Positions 1 through 13,997 of a stretch of 64,000 nucleotides of DNA are shown piece by piece (position 1 is the first letter of the stretch; every line of letters starts with the position of its first letter). The notes under the pieces were generated by a model, which saw only the letters and a program-made list of their open reading frames with translations, did no database searches and had not been told where the DNA came from. The DNA comes from Chiloscyllium plagiosum. Lineage: Eukaryota. The DNA is taken from contig NC_057719.1 of the NCBI RefSeq assembly GCF_004010195.1, forward strand, positions 95,389,184 through 95,453,183, in the 5' to 3' direction. The position numbers and the translations under genes are program-made.

Positions 1-219
1 GGGTAGGTTCTTCACTCAGCGAGTCGTAAGTTCATGGAATGCCCTGCCAGTAGCAGTGGTGGACTCTCCCTCTTTATGGGCATTTAAGCGGGCATTGGAT
101 AGGTATATGGAGGATAGTGGGTTAGTATAGGTTAGGTGGGCTTGGATCGGCGCAACATCGAGGGCCAAAGGGCCTGTACTGCGCTGTATTCTTCTATGTT
201 CTATGTTCTATGTTCTATG
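1..219 (+). mobile_element. CR1-clade LINE 3' end (HER1-like) with (TTCTATG)n tail
   Basis: Encodes the GRFFTQRVV-type CR1 ORF2 C-terminus, followed by the GGGCCAAAGGGCCTGTA 3' UTR motif and TTCTATG repeats at about 193-219. Confidence 0.9.
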
Positions 220-2194
220 AAATATTGGGAGCAGTTTTTGTGATGTTGGCAGAAGAGGAGGCCAATGTGCCCATTCCTGATCAGTCCCACCGACCCTATA
301 ACCCGACAGTCCATTAACAACCACATGTAATAGCTGCTGCCAGACAGTGTGGGGCCTGGCTGACAGGTAAGTGCCTGGCTTTGGGTCAGTTAAAGGTTCA
401 CTGTCTGGGTACAGCAGGCCAGCAAGGGGCAGTGTCCAACACACAGAGAGATTGACAGGGACACTGAGTAAATGCCCCACACTGAGAAGCCATGCCATCC
501 TTACCATCAGAAGTCCTCCTATGATGCCAATTGCAGCTGAGGTTGAATTTCACAACCACCAGCACAGCAACTTAAATGGCCCATACACCTGAAATGACAG
601 CACAAAGCAGGAGCTGGAGCAAGAGCTGGAGCTGGTATCCTCTGTGAGTTGGCACAAGCTGGCCATTCAGCATGAGATACATGTATACTAGGCTGAGATT
701 CCAGAGGGTAGACATCCCCTGGCAAGGACAGTGAAGAGACCTATCCAAGCTGGGAGCACGGCAGCCTCCCTCTCGCCTGCACACCTACCTTTCTCCATTG
801 AAAGATGGTGACTCTGTTGGAGAACTGAATTCAGCAGCATTTTCAGGTGATGGCCCAGAAATGTGCAAACCTTCAAGCCAAAATGTTTGAAAGGGGACAA
901 GACTGCTGGTCCTTCTCCCTCTCAGGTAAGCATCGTGGCCAACTGAGCCTTGTGACCAGTGAATGAACATCAGTTGTTTCCATCTGCAGTCTCTTCATAG
1001 AGCAATCCTCATGGTGACAGATGTCCCCCCACCCCATTCTGCTCCCCCATCGCATACCGTGCCCCCCACCCTCCCGCCCCCTTCATTCCCATGTCCCCTT
1101 GCCAGTTGCACCAGTGTTTTTGGATGCAGTAGTGACAGAGGGGAGTCCTAGCATTGAGCAGGCCTCATGCAGAATGTTGTGACCCTTACAGACATCTGTT
1201 ATAGTTACCAAGGTGAATGGGAATCCTGCCGAGAGCACAGCTTGCAGTGAAGAGGGAGCACTATGGTGTAATACATAGAAAGATGTGAAGGGGCTGTTGA
1301 AGCCACCCGTGTTATCTTAGACTGACTGTAGTGTCCCTGTGAACCACTTCACAAACTGATTGTGATGACAATGCCATATCTGAGATGGCTGTAGTGCCTA
1401 CACAATAGTGAGAAGCCACTTTCAATGCACCTAGAGACTCCCAGAAGAGAAATGAAGGTGTGAGCCTTTGGCTTGTCAGATGAAAGCCAGCATTTCATTA
1501 TAAAATGACAGCAGTGAACCTCTAAGTTTGATGTGAATTGCCTCATTAACAGAGATTCCCATGACTCCCTGCTCAGGCAATGCCAATCTGCATCCTCATT
1601 GTTCCTGATCTGATTCATCACTGGATTCCACACATGCGGGGGCTTGATAATGAAAGATATCTTTATGGGAAAGTTCTTCCCCACATTCCAGAGCCAAGTT
1701 CAGCAGTGCACTGCAAACGGAAATGACTGGGGAGGTAAACACTGTATCCTGGAGGCACCAGCATGTCAGACCACGTAGTGGAAGTTCATGAGACCAATGA
1801 TTATCTCAATAGTTCTCCTGTTGAAACATGTTGTCCTCTGCCTCAGAATACAGAGGACAAATCCTGCTGGGGGTCATGTTAGTGGCTGAATGAACACATG
1901 GGTACAGCAAAGTGCCTTTGTATTTAATTCCACAATGACCCCCAAATCCACTTGTTCCCTCAGCTGATTGTCCTTACCAGTGACAAACAAACTGTGATAA
2001 ATAAATAAATGTGACCAAACCTCTGGAGAGCTGAAGTCACCTAATTCACTGACACGTGGAGTTGGAGAGGTAATTTGAGCATTGCCTATATTTACATGAT
2101 TCAGTGTAAACTTCTCTTATGGTCGGAACTTCTCTTGATCCTCTTGTTGGAATGACAGACTCCATGTGGTATTTCACCAATCATGATTCAAGTT

Positions 2195-2455
2195 AGCAAT
2201 GTAACAATGACCAGATCGTGTATTTTTCTGTGATATTGATTCGGGGATAAAGATTGGTCAAGACACATTACGCTTCATTTTAAGATGTGCCATTGGATAT
2301 TTTACATTTAGTGGAACACTTGGGAAATGGGACCTTGGTGGAATGTTTCATCTGAAAGGTGATATCTCCAGCAAAGACAGTGCTCCCTCACTGGAGCATC
2401 AGCTCTGGAGCAAGACTTGAATCCAGGATCTTGGGATTGCTCCTGACCAAGTCAC
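2195..2455 (-). mobile_element. Degraded DeuSINE (SacSINE1/AmnSINE1-like) remnant
   Basis: Reverse strand reads GAGGGAGCACTG..CCTTTCAGATGAAACATT..GTAAAAATATCCAATGGCAC..GACCAATCTTTATCCCCGAATCAATATCAC, resembling the Deu domain as I recall it. Confidence 0.6.
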
Positions 2456-5400
2456 AGCAAACATCCCTCTCCCCTTTTCGCTCTCCAGAGTCACTGTTAC
2501 AAACAATTCATTGGTCAACAGGGCATTGGTCTTGCTTTCATTTTCACTTACAGGCCCCAGACTGAAGTGAACATGGTGCTGACTCCCTTGTCAGCTTCCC
2601 CTATCCAGTGCCCTTATGGCTGCAGCCATTGATTCAATCCCTCATTTAGAAATGCACAGAATGTGAACTGATGCCCACTCCCTGACTTCAGTTTTAACTG
2701 CAGCCTCAAACTCTACATTGTCTTCCTCATATCAGTCTTCATATCCCACCTTTGTACTTCTGATTAAACATGACCATAATTACTGCCCCCATCCCATCCC
2801 TTGTAGACTATATGTCAGCAGTATGAATTCTCACAGGCAGCAAAAAGGCATGTTCAGTTGGAGAGCTCATTGACTCAAATATCTTTAGTTAGACTCTTCT
2901 GAAAGATGGGTTGACCTCTGACTGTGCACCCTGGCTGCCGTACATTCTGTTACAATTAGCACAATCATGTCAGGAAGCAGAGTTGATGCACTGATGCCTG
3001 AGTTTATGCTGTGTTGGGAGAGACAGCTGTTTGAAAGGGGAGTATAAAATTCTGCCCATTAACTGAACCTTTCTAGTATTTCAGATTAAATACAATAGTC
3101 TGATGGCAGAAATCGTTTGCTTTTGCATGTCATACTATTGATAAAATTAAACCTCATAGATACAGCTGTGCTAATATTTGGATTTTATTTAATGAAACAC
3201 ATTCAGGAGGTACTCCAGAGGAGTTATGTGTTTCTTTTCTTGTGTTTTATTATCAGCTTTGGCATCTTCCCACTCTATGTTTCAACTTCAAAGAGTCAAA
3301 TATACAAGAACAAACTGCAATCCATCTGTTTTACTTTCTGTTAAGGTTACAGAGATAAATTAGGAAATCTACCTCAGTTGTAGTGGTCAAGGGATTTCTT
3401 CACTATATTCAGCACCAAGACAATATTTGGATCAAATGTCCACATTGCTGAATACTTTAAAATGGACATATAATTTTGGCAAATGGTCTGACAGTAAATC
3501 ACAGATAATTTAATATTAATATATTCCTGAGTAAGTATTCCATGTGGTATAGATAATGGATAGAACAAAAAACACAGTCTAATTCCACTACTCGCCTCAA
3601 CTCTACACAGCGTTAGTAGCAATTCTATCTGGATGATGGAAGGCAATCAAATTCTGATTGAGCTTTCAGCAGTGATGAATGTATTTGAGGTGCAACTTTA
3701 AGTGGAATCCATTAAAAATATTCTTCAGAACATCATTTTAATGAGGCTATTGTGTTCAATTGAGTAGGTTTCACATTAGAACAGGAGACAGCAAATTAGA
3801 TGCTCCTTAGGTATAAGGGATTCAGCAAGGATTGGGCAAAGGATTCATTTATAATTTTATTTACAAAATGATTAAGCGACAGAAGCATTCAATCACTTTT
3901 TTTGGTGTGATCATTTTTGTGACTAAGTTTAAAACGTTTCAAAATGTTTCATCCTGGGTGAAAAAAGTAGAAAGAGATATTAGAGTGAAATAAAAGTGAA
4001 CCCTGAATTCAATAATGCTGTTCAACAAAGATTGCTTTGTCAGTATTAGATGTGACTGACTAAAGCTGGCTTTGCCCAGAGGTGACAACATCAGGATTAA
4101 AATATTGAATCAACAGTTTTAAGACCAGTGTGCAACTTACTGTATTTGCTAATTGCTTGGAAGACAAAATATCTCTTGCTAGTTTCCATTTTAGTAGCTC
4201 AAGCTTTTATGCATTCTTATTACCATTCACCCTTGAAACATGGATTTCAAAACTTTTCCCATGCAGAAACTTGGCATTTATCCATGATAGCACTTTAAAA
4301 ATAAAACTAAAAGTAAAATGTAATATTTGTCATAAAAAAATTTAAAGACGATGGAAAAAAAGCATTAATGAAGTTTGGCATCTACATTTAAAATGACCTC
4401 TTATTGTACAGTTTAACTATCAGTTGTAAAGTATTCTCCCTCCACATCAAAAAGTGAAAATGCACAAATTAGTAAAAGGGTTTGAAAAGTATCAGAATTT
4501 GTTATGGCCTTCTCAGAATTGCTGGGAACCAATTTATCTTTAAAAACTTACTTTATTTTAAATAAGTTAGAATGCAGAATCTGGTCTGTTTTTTTTTTCT
4601 CTAAGCCGGTTTACTTTGATGTTTGAAGATCAATATTAACTTTCACAACTGGATTAAAATTTTAAAGAAAAATGAGTCAAGATGCAGAATTAATCAACAT
4701 TAGGTTTACCTGTAAAATAGACACTGCAACTTCCTAAAAATGTATTTGTTCCAAGGTATGGTTTTGTACAACTTGAAAACATCCACATTCCTGAAATTAG
4801 GCTAATTTTTCCAAAAGGAGCATTCAGACAAAACTCTGGTAATGAGAGGGTTGGAACTTTTCTCAGGGAAAAAGGAATCCTGTGGAGGTGTTTGATCTGG
4901 GGTTTGATTTGGGGTCAGGCAGAACGTCTGTTTGTCTCATTGATGTGACAATGTACTTTCAGAGTGAGAGTCAGAGACATGTTTCAGACAAATGTCCATA
5001 GCTTTAATAGTTAGAACAACTAATGCAAGGGGATCAGGTGTGAAAATTTGCATCGAGTCACAGTATAAATAGATCTCAGAATAGCTGCAAGAAGTCTAAA
5101 AATGTGGGAGTTTCAATACTTTTTAATCTTTTAAAATTGCTGTCTCCTTACTGTAATGTTTAATGCCAGTAATATATGTCCCGAGGCCTCTGCTTGGATT
5201 CAAATGGTGTAAGTAATTGCCCCATTTGTAGATTGTCTTAAAAAGCCTTCCTCTTTTTGGGTAAATGCTAAATAAAAAGATGATGGGGACTTAAAATTGT
5301 GATGTGTTCTAATTTCTGCCCCAGTCCAACTTGTTGTCCATTTATCATCAAAAACACAGGGTGCGTTCAGAGGAGATTAAGGGATTAATACTCCTTCAAT

Positions 5401-5554
5401 TAAAAAATGTGAAATACCTGAATTTTTACTCCTAATCCTGCATGCAATAGTACATAACAGAGGCAACCTCATGATTTTTCTACCTCGAGCGTTGATAATT
5501 TGGCCTGATTTTAAAATGTAACATTTTAAGTAAATTGACCCCTTTGGATTTCTA

Positions 5555-5748
5555 GGAGAAAGTAAGGACTGCACATACTGGAGATCAGAGCTGAAAATGT
5601 GTTGCTGGAAAAGCGCAGCAGGTCAGGCAGCATNNNNNNNNNNNNNNNNNNNNNNNNNNNNNNNNNNNNNNNNNNNNNNNAAACGTCGATTCTCCTGCTC
5701 CTTGGATGCTGCCTGACCTGCTGCGCTTTTCTTGCAACACATTTTCAG
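5555..5748. mobile_element. Short palindromic Penelope-like element derivative (N gap 5634-5680 inside)
   Basis: Inverted arms GCTGAAAATGTGTTGC../..GCAACACATTTTCAGC; 15-bp TSD CCCTTTGGATTTCTA at 5540-5554 and 5749-5763. Confidence 0.85.
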
Positions 5749-6779
5749 CCCTTTGGATTTCTATCAAACATATTATTTCCCAATTGATAATCGAAGCATA
5801 CACCATACTCCCAGCAAATTGCATAGAAATTCTCCCAATTGTTTGCTGCAACATTTGCTAAAGATCCACAGAGACCTTGGCGATACAGTGTAAGTGACAT
5901 TTGTCCTGATTCTTCAGCGCTTCAGCAATCATCTCCTGAAATTATGCTGAACTTTTGACGATGAAACACTAGCATGTACAGAATACATTTGATGCAAAGT
6001 GCATGACCAGTCACATATACTATGATGAGCTCTTCTTCAATTTGATATGTTGGTGCTTTCAAATATAAGTTAAATCTTTTCAGTTAACTAATTAAAATCT
6101 TATGTTTTACTAAATTGTATAGTAATGAATAGGTTGGCAAGTGAGGTCAATGTTCAAACAGGAAAGACAGTTTCAAGATATAAATGGACTTTAGAAGATG
6201 GAGATCAAATAATATGACCCAGCAAGGATGAAACAACAGCCAGCTAACACAGAGTGACAACTAGTGATGGATTAAACTGAGAGTCATGTGTCTCAGGTGA
6301 GAAGAGAGCTTGATAAGGAGCAACCTTCATAGCAACTCTGAATAGATACCCAGGCCTGGTTTATTCATGAAGATGATGGTTTTATATCATACCAGAAATT
6401 GTTATGATATTCTGTATTGTTACCTCCATCCCACATTCAATGAAAATTGCATTCAGTCCCCTTTCTTGTTTTGAGAAGACTCAATGCTTTTCTGTTCCTT
6501 ATGAGTTTTCTGTCAGGTGTTCTATCTATCTTAGATTAACATAGTCATCCCCAGTGACTGCTACTTCTGAATTTTTTTTATTTCCCTTAACCATACTTTC
6601 GGAACTGTGTTACAAGTTCATATTGATTTTGTCTTGTCTCGAGTGATAACATTTCTGCTCCATTTTGTTGTGATGTTTCACCATTTTTGTAATCTCTGAA
6701 GACCATGAGACGATAATGTTTGGCTTGACATTGTATTTTAACATTAATTCATTAATTTTCCAAATTTCTTAGAATTTTT

Positions 6780-7022
6780 TTCAGAGAACTCTTTGAGAAA
6801 TGTTTTCGTCCAGGTGGTAGTAGAAGTCTCAAACTCACTGCGTGAAAGGGTGACTTTTTCAGAAACTCTTGTAAACATTGTTTAAATAGTCACTTGCATT
6901 GCTATTGCCTCCAGGGCTGTGAGCTACGAGCTGAGAAATGGGATTAGTGTAGTCAAATTCTTGTTGATCAATGTGGCCATGATGGGCCAAATGGCCTCCA
7001 TCTGCGTTGTAAATGTCTATGA
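6780..7022 (+). mobile_element. Highly degraded CR1 3' fragment
   Basis: GATGGGCCAAATGGCCTCC terminal motif and weak similarity to other CR1 3' ends in the window. Confidence 0.5.
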
Positions 7023-7429
7023 GTCGATCTTTAATTCACCTGATGAATGCCCATTATTTAATTATGTTCAAATTCACTATTTGAATAGTGCTAATTTCTA
7101 GTCAGCATTTGTTTGTACATTGACTTTAGGGATTTGAGTATTCGCACTTCTTCTCCATTTGACTGAGGATGGATTCGGAAAGTTGTCACCTGGCTGATTC
7201 CTGCTTCTGAAGTGAATTCTGTGAGATCCACATCACAAACTGAAGTCTATCATCCAATGCTAGCTCTCCTGGAAAATACTGCATTAGAAAGATCTGCTGA
7301 ACTCACTGAGTCTGTTGTGGTTTAATGATATTATGCTACTTTAATTCATCTTGAATAGAAATCTATCAAGAACAAATGCATCTTCCCTTTGAGGTCAAAT
7401 AAATCTGTTGCTAGACTTTCCCATGAACT

Positions 7430-8898
7430 TTCTGAAAATTATGAGGAAATTTAAGAGTCTGTTTTTCTTGACTGTTTATGGTGCACAAGTGACACGACAA
7501 GATATTGTTTTACATTTTTTGAACTGCCTGGCCATCACTGTGTGAACTTTGTGATTGTATACATCCCCTTTGTGGAGCATTGTCAGGTCATTGTTAACTA
7601 TTATATAACCATGTTATGGTTATACATCAATATGTCTTCCCCATCTATCATGTCTCTGCTTGTGATATCTTTCAATAAATGATCCATTTAACATTATTTC
7701 AAATATTGTTGTAGGCAGAGTTATCCAACTTTTGTGCACCCCCATCTGTTTTTTGAGATGCATGGATTCCTTTGTGATATCCCTGAGTTGCTGGTCGCAG
7801 ATTGGTAATTATTGAGGAATGATACTCCAGTTCTTTGATAAGAATTAATCCTTTGTTGTCTGCTTCATCAACTGCCGCTCTTGAGGGTGAATCAAAAATG
7901 ATACTTCTGCCTTTCTTGGAGCTGAGTCCATTACTCAGTCACACCTCATCAGTCCTCAATCGTTGTATTTATGATGCACTTGTAGTGACCTCCTTTGGTC
8001 CAAGTAACATTGCAACTGGCTTATGATCCATTTTGACCTGGAATCTCAAACTCATGGAATAGTCTATAAACATTTCACCTTCCCATTTGGCATGCAGTGC
8101 TGCCTCTTCTATTGTTGCATAACTCTGTTCAGTTTCTGTGAAAGCCCTCAACCTGAAATGTTTAGGATTTCCTTTTCAATCAGTTTGCCCCGGGATCCTA
8201 GACTGACCCTAGACTAGTGGATAGTTCATTTGTAGCCTCATAAATGAACCTGGATTATAGTCATCTGGAACATCAGTGAAGAATATATCCTCCATCATAT
8301 TTTTGAAAGAAAGTGATGTCCATTCCTTCGTTCAGCCTTATTGTAAGTCTTTGTTCAAACCCTCCCATACAGATTGAGTGGTAGTGGCTAAGTTAGGGGT
8401 GAACTTTCCCACTAGACTGAAGAAACAGTGGATATAACTTTCACACTTTTGTGTTGGAAATTCACGGTTCGTCCATGCTTTCCTCGGATCTACAGCGTTA
8501 CCTTGTTTTTGGGATTATATGTATTTCAGAAATGTAATTATCATTTTCAAGAATTAGCAGTTTTTGTTGTGTAAGATTTACATTCCTTCATAGCCTTAAC
8601 ACTTCCCTAACTCTCTGATTGTGTTGTTTTATGTTTAACCATGCATTGGAATATTGTCCATGTGACAGATGGTTCCTTGTTTTCCTTCCAGAAGTCTTGA
8701 CATTGTTCATATCTCATGCAGAGACAATTTTGAATGGTAAGTTGTTAAAACAATGCAATTTAAATGGTGTAATGAATGTATTCAGCAATCATGATTCAGA
8801 TTCTAGTAATACCTGCCAGAATCCATCATTTGCGTCTAAATTAGTAAAAAATAACTTGCTTCTTGCTAACTTGGCCAAACTGTAATCAACCAACAAAC
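7430..8898 (-). mobile_element. Ty3/Gypsy pol relic: RT, RNase H and start of integrase (pseudogenised)
   Basis: Minus-strand translation gives LDANDGFWQV..TFITPF..CFNNLPF and ICHMDNI (RT; YxDD-equivalent), then RAFTETEQSYATIEEAAL..DHKPVAMLLG (RNase H), with stops and frameshifts. Confidence 0.85.
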
Positions 8899-11800
8899 TA
8901 GAACATAGAACATAAAACATTACAGCTCAGTATAGGCCCTTTGGCCCTTGATGTTGAGCTGACCTGTGACCCCAATCTGAAGCACATCTAACCGACACTA
9001 TTCCATTTTCATCCATATGTCTATCCAATGACCATTTCAATGCCCTTAATGTCGGTGAGTCTATTACTATTTCAGGCAGGGCATTCCATGCCCTTACTAC
9101 TCTCTGAGTAAAGAATCTACCTCTGACATCTGACCTATAACTATCACCCCTCAATTTAAAGCTATGTCACCTTGTGCTAGCCAACACCATCCAAGGCAAA
9201 AGGATCTCACTCTCCACCCTATCTAACCCTCTGATTATCTTATATGTCTCAACCAAGTCACCTCTCAACCTTCTCTCAAACAAAAACAGCCTCAAGTCCC
9301 TCAGCCTTTCCTCATAAGTCCTTCCCTCCATACCAGGCAACATCCTAGTAAATCTCCTCTGAACCCTTTCCAATGCTTCCACATCCTTCTTATAATGCGG
9401 TGACCAGAACTGTACACAATATTCCAAGTGCGGCCGCACCAGAGCTTTGTGCAGCTGCAACATGACCTCATCGCTCCGAAACTCAATCCCTCTTACAGTA
9501 AAAGCTGACATAATATACATATTCTTAACAACCCTGTTAATCTAGGTGGCAACTTTCAGGGATCTATGTACATGGACACCGAGATCTCTCTGCTTATCCA
9601 CACTACCAAGAATCTTACCATTAGCCCAGTACTCTGCCTGTTACTCCTTCCAAAGTGAATCACCTAACACTTTTCCATTTTAAACTCCATTTGTCACCTC
9701 TCAGCCCAGTTCTGCAGCTTATCTATATCCTTCTGTAACTTGCTGCATCCTTCAGTTCTATCCACAACTCCAACTCCACCGACCTTCGTGTCATCCGCAA
9801 ATGTATTAATCCATCCTTCTACACCCTCATCCAGGTCATTTATAAAAATGACAAACAGCAGTGGCCCCAAAACAGATCCAAAAACCACTAGTAACTAAAC
9901 TCCAGGATGAACATTTCCCATTAACCACCACCCTCTGTCTTTTTTCAGCTAGCCAATTTCTGTTCCAAACCACTTAATCACCCTCAATCCCATGCCTCCA
10001 TATTTTGTGCAGAGCCTACTGTGGGGAACCTTATCAAACACCTTACTGAAATCCATATACAGCACATCAACCACGTCATCTTCTCAAAGAACTCAGTAAG
10101 GTTTGTGAGGCACGACCTACCAGTCACAAAACCGTGTTGACTACCCTAATCAACTTATTTCTTTCTAGATGATTATAAATCCTATCTCTTATAATCTTAT
10201 AACCTTTTCCAACACTTTACTCATAACCAAAGTAAGGCTCACTGGTCTATAATTACCAGGGTTGTCTCTACTCCCCTTCTTGAACAAGGGAACAACACTT
10301 GCTATCCTCCAGTCTTCTGGTACTATTCCTGGAGAAAATGACGACATAAATATCAAAGCCAAATGTTCTGCAATCTCCTCCCTGGCTTCACAGAGAATCC
10401 TAAAATAAATCCCATCTGGCCCAGGGACGTATTTATTTTCACATTTTCCAGAATTGCTAACTCCTCCACCTTGTGAACCTCAATCCCATCTTGACTAGTC
10501 ACCTGTATCTCACTATTCTCCTCCACAACATTGTCTTTTTCCAGTGTGAATATTGACAAAAAATATTCATTTAATGCCTCTTCTATCTCCTCGGACTCCA
10601 CACACAACTTCCCACTGCTGTCTTTGACTGGCCCTAATCTTACCCTAAACATTCTTTTATTCCTGACGTACCTGCCAAAGACTTCTCGTGTCCTATCCTG
10701 ACTCTTCTTAGCTCTCTTTTTTCACCTTTCCTGACTAACTTGTAACTCTCAAGTGCCCGAGCTGAGCCTTTAGGTCTCATCTTTACATAAGCCTCTTTCT
10801 TCCCCTTGACAAGAAATTCACCTTCCTTAGTAAACCATGGCTCCCTCGCTCGACCACTTCCTCCCTGCCTGACAGGTATATACTTATCAAGGACCAGCAA
10901 TAGCTGTTCCTTGAACAAGCTCCACATTTCAATTGTGCCCATCCCCTGCAGTTTCCTTTCCCATCCTATGCACCTGAAATCTTGCCTAATCACATAATTG
11001 CCTTTCCCCTATCTATAACTCTTGCCCTGCAGTATATACCTATCCCTTTCCATCGCAAAAGTAAGCAAAGCCGAATTGTGGTCACTATCACCAAATTGCT
11101 CATCCATCTCGAAATCTAACACTTGGCTGGGTTCATTACCCAGTACCAAATCTAATGTGACCTCACCCTTTGTTTGCCTGTCTAAATAATGTGTCAGGAA
11201 ACCCTCCTGCACACATTGGACAAACACTGACCCATCTAAAGTACTTGAACTATAGTATTTCCAGTCAATATTTGGAAAGTTAAAGTCCCCCATAACAACT
11301 ACCCTGTTACCTTTGCTCCTATCCAGAAACATCTTTGCTGTCCTTTCCTCTACATCTCTGGAACTATTTGGAGGCCTATAGAAAATTCACAACAGGGTGA
11401 CCTCTCCTTCTCCGTTAATAACCTCAGCCCGTACTTTCTCAGTAGACAAGTCCTTATCAAACATCCTTTCTGCCACCATAATACTGTCCTTGACTAACAA
11501 TGCCACACCTTCACCTTTTTTACCATCTTCTCTGTTCATTCTCAGCAATCATCCCTGTGTCTGCTCTATCTGTATCTCTGAAATGGCCACAACATCAAAA
11601 TCCCAGGTACCAACCCATGCTGCAAGTTCACCCACCTTATTCCAAATGCTCCTCGTGCTGAAGTAGACACACTTCAAACCACCTACCACGACTTTCCTGC
11701 GACCTTGAAACCATATTTCTGACCTTACTACTCTCAACCTCCAGTACACTGGAGCTACTATTTAGGTTCCCATCCCCCTGCTGAATTAGTTTAAACCCTC

Positions 11801-12694
11801 CCGAATAGCATTAACAAATTTCCCCCCACAGAATATTGATACCTCTCTAGTTCAGGTAAAGATCATCCTGTTTGAAGAGGTCCCACCTACCCCAGAATGA
11901 GCCCCAATTATCCAGGTATCCAAAACACTTCCTTCTGCACCATCCCTGTAGCCACGTGTCCAACTCCTCTCTCTCCCTATTCCACGCATCACTAGCGCAT
12001 GGCACGGACAACAAACCAGAGATAACAACTCTGTTTATTCTAGCTCTAAGCTTCCACCCTAGTTTCCTGAATTTCTGCCTTAAATCCCCATCTCTCTTCC
12101 TACCTATGTCATTGGTGCCTATGTGGCCCATGACTCAGGGCTGCTCCCCCTCCCCCTCAAGGATCCCAAAAACACGATCAGAGACATCATGAACCCTGGC
12201 ACCTGGGAGACAACACACCAACCGTGAGTCTCTCTCCCATTCCTATGGAACCTCCAATCTGTCCCCCTAACTATGGACTCCCCAATGACTAATACACTGC
12301 TCATCTCCCCCTTCCCTTCTGAGCAACAGGGACAGACTCTGTGCCAGACACCTGTACTCCATGGCTTACCTCTGGTAAATCGTTCCCCCACAACAGTATC
12401 CAAAACGGTATACTTTGTATACAGGGGAATGGCCACAGGGGATCCCTACACTGACTGCCCTTCTAACAGTAATCCAAGTATCTTCATTTCTAAGAGTAAC
12501 TACCTCCCTGTAGCTTTTTTCTACAACTATCTCTGCCTCCCGAATGATCCTGACTTCATCCAGTTCCAGCTCCCTAACATGGTCTTCAAGGAGCTGGGGT
12601 TGGATGCACTTCCTGCAGATGTACTCAGCTGGGACACTAATGGTGTCCCTCACCTCAAACATCCCACAGGAGGAACAGTGTACTGCTTGTTATC
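8899..12694 (-). mobile_element. Nearly full-length degraded CR1 LINE (ORF1 with Zn-finger and SGNH esterase; ORF2 APE-RT)
   Basis: ORF1 shows HCSSCGMF..YICRKC, VIGESIVRG and HIGTNDIG. APE shows VVMGDFNFPNIDW, LDLVLGNE and SDHN. RT shows [15 protein letters not shown] and [13 protein letters not shown]. Tail (AGAACAT)n at about 8900-8920. Confidence 0.93.
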
Positions 12695-12807
12695 ATGGAT
12701 TTCTCTTCTACTAAATAAAACTAAACGTGATTTGCACATAATATTAGTTCTCCAGCTAGTTTGGGAGCGGTTACTAGCTCTGACCCAACTGATTCCATAA
12801 CCCTTCA
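12695..12807 (-). mobile_element. Gypsy pol relic, continued (RT N-terminal part)
   Basis: Encodes ..SELVTAPKLAGELILC.. and REIH, which joins SLLVDYSLAKL on the far side of the CR1 insertion. Confidence 0.7.
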
Positions 12808-12901
12808 AGGAGAAAGTGAGGTCTGCAGATGCTGGAGATCAAAGTTGAAACTTTATTGCTGGAACAGCACAGCAGGTCAGGCAGCATCCAGGGAACAGGA
12901 G

Positions 12902-12937
12902 ATTCGACGTTTCGGGCACAGGCCCTTCTTCAGGAAT
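12902..12937 (-). ncRNA. Putative minimal type-I hammerhead ribozyme (copy 1; identical copies at 13138-13173 and 13362-13397)
   Basis: Minus strand reads AUUC-CUGAAGA-A-GGGC cugu GCCC-GAAAC-GUC-GAAU: catalytic core, 4-bp stem II, 4-bp stem I and a palindromic ACGU stem III. Confidence 0.7.
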
Positions 12938-13410
12938 GAGCAGAGAGTGTTAGGGACTCACTGAAATCTTTGTAGAGAGAGGCAGAGAGCTTCTTCAAGG
13001 AAGGCATCCTTGTAAGAGGATTCGCAGTAGGTTGAAATCTTCGAGGAGAAAGTGAGATCTGCAGATGCTGGAGATCAAAGTTGAAACTTTATTGCTGGAA
13101 CAGCACAGCAGGTCAGGCAGCATCCAGGGAACAGGAGATTCGACGTTTCGGGCACAGGCCCTTCTTCAGGAATGAGCAGAGAGTGTTAGATCTTTGTAGA
13201 GAGAGGCAGAGAGCTGCTTCAAGGAAGGCATCCTTGTAAGAGGATTCGCAGTAGGTTGAAATCTTCGAGGAGAAAGTGAGATCTGCAGATGCTGGAGATC
13301 AAAGTTGAAACTTTATTGCTGGAACAGCACAGCAGGTCAGGCAGCATCCAGGGAACAGGAGATTCGACGTTTCGGGCACAGGCCCTTCTTCAGGAATGAG
13401 CAGAGAGTGT

Positions 13411-13997
13411 ATGTTATGTTGGCTTTCCTTAGCAAGGGGATTGATTTTAAGAGCCGTGAGGTTTAACTGCATCTTTATAGCATCCTGGTGAGACCACACT
13501 TGAAATATTGTATTCAGTTCTGGTCCCCTATTTACAGGAAGGATGTGCAAGTTTTAGAGAGTGTACACGGGAGATTTACTAGGATGCTGACTGTAATGGA
13601 GGGCATTTCTTATGAAGAAAGTTGGAGGGAGCTAAGACTTTTCTCATTGGAGTGAAGAAGGGGGTGGGGTGACTTGGTAGAGCTGAACAAGGTGATGAGA
13701 GGCACAGAGAGAGTGAATTGTCAGAGACTTTTCCTCCCATGGAGTAAATGACTATTGCAAGGCGGCATAATTTTAAGGTGATTGGAGGATGGATAAGAGG
13801 ATAGAGAATGGTAGGTGGTTGGAATGCACTGCCAATGGTGATAGTAAAATTAGACACTTTCAATAGACAGATACATGGATAATAGTAAAATGAAGGGTAT
13901 GTAGGTTAGTTTGATCTTACAGTTGGATAATAGGTTGGCATGAAATCATTGCTGAAGGGTCTTGGGCGGAACCGTTCTGTGTTCTATGTTCTGTATG
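13411..13997 (+). mobile_element. Degraded CR1 3' fragment enclosed in the PLE insertion
   Basis: RPHLKYCIQFWSP-like remnant and TTCTATG tail at about 13982-13990. Confidence 0.8.

Noticed and set aside
220..1750. Possible Harbinger-type transposon or gene remnant (many short ORFs)
   Set aside because: No recognisable catalytic motif or terminal inverted repeats.
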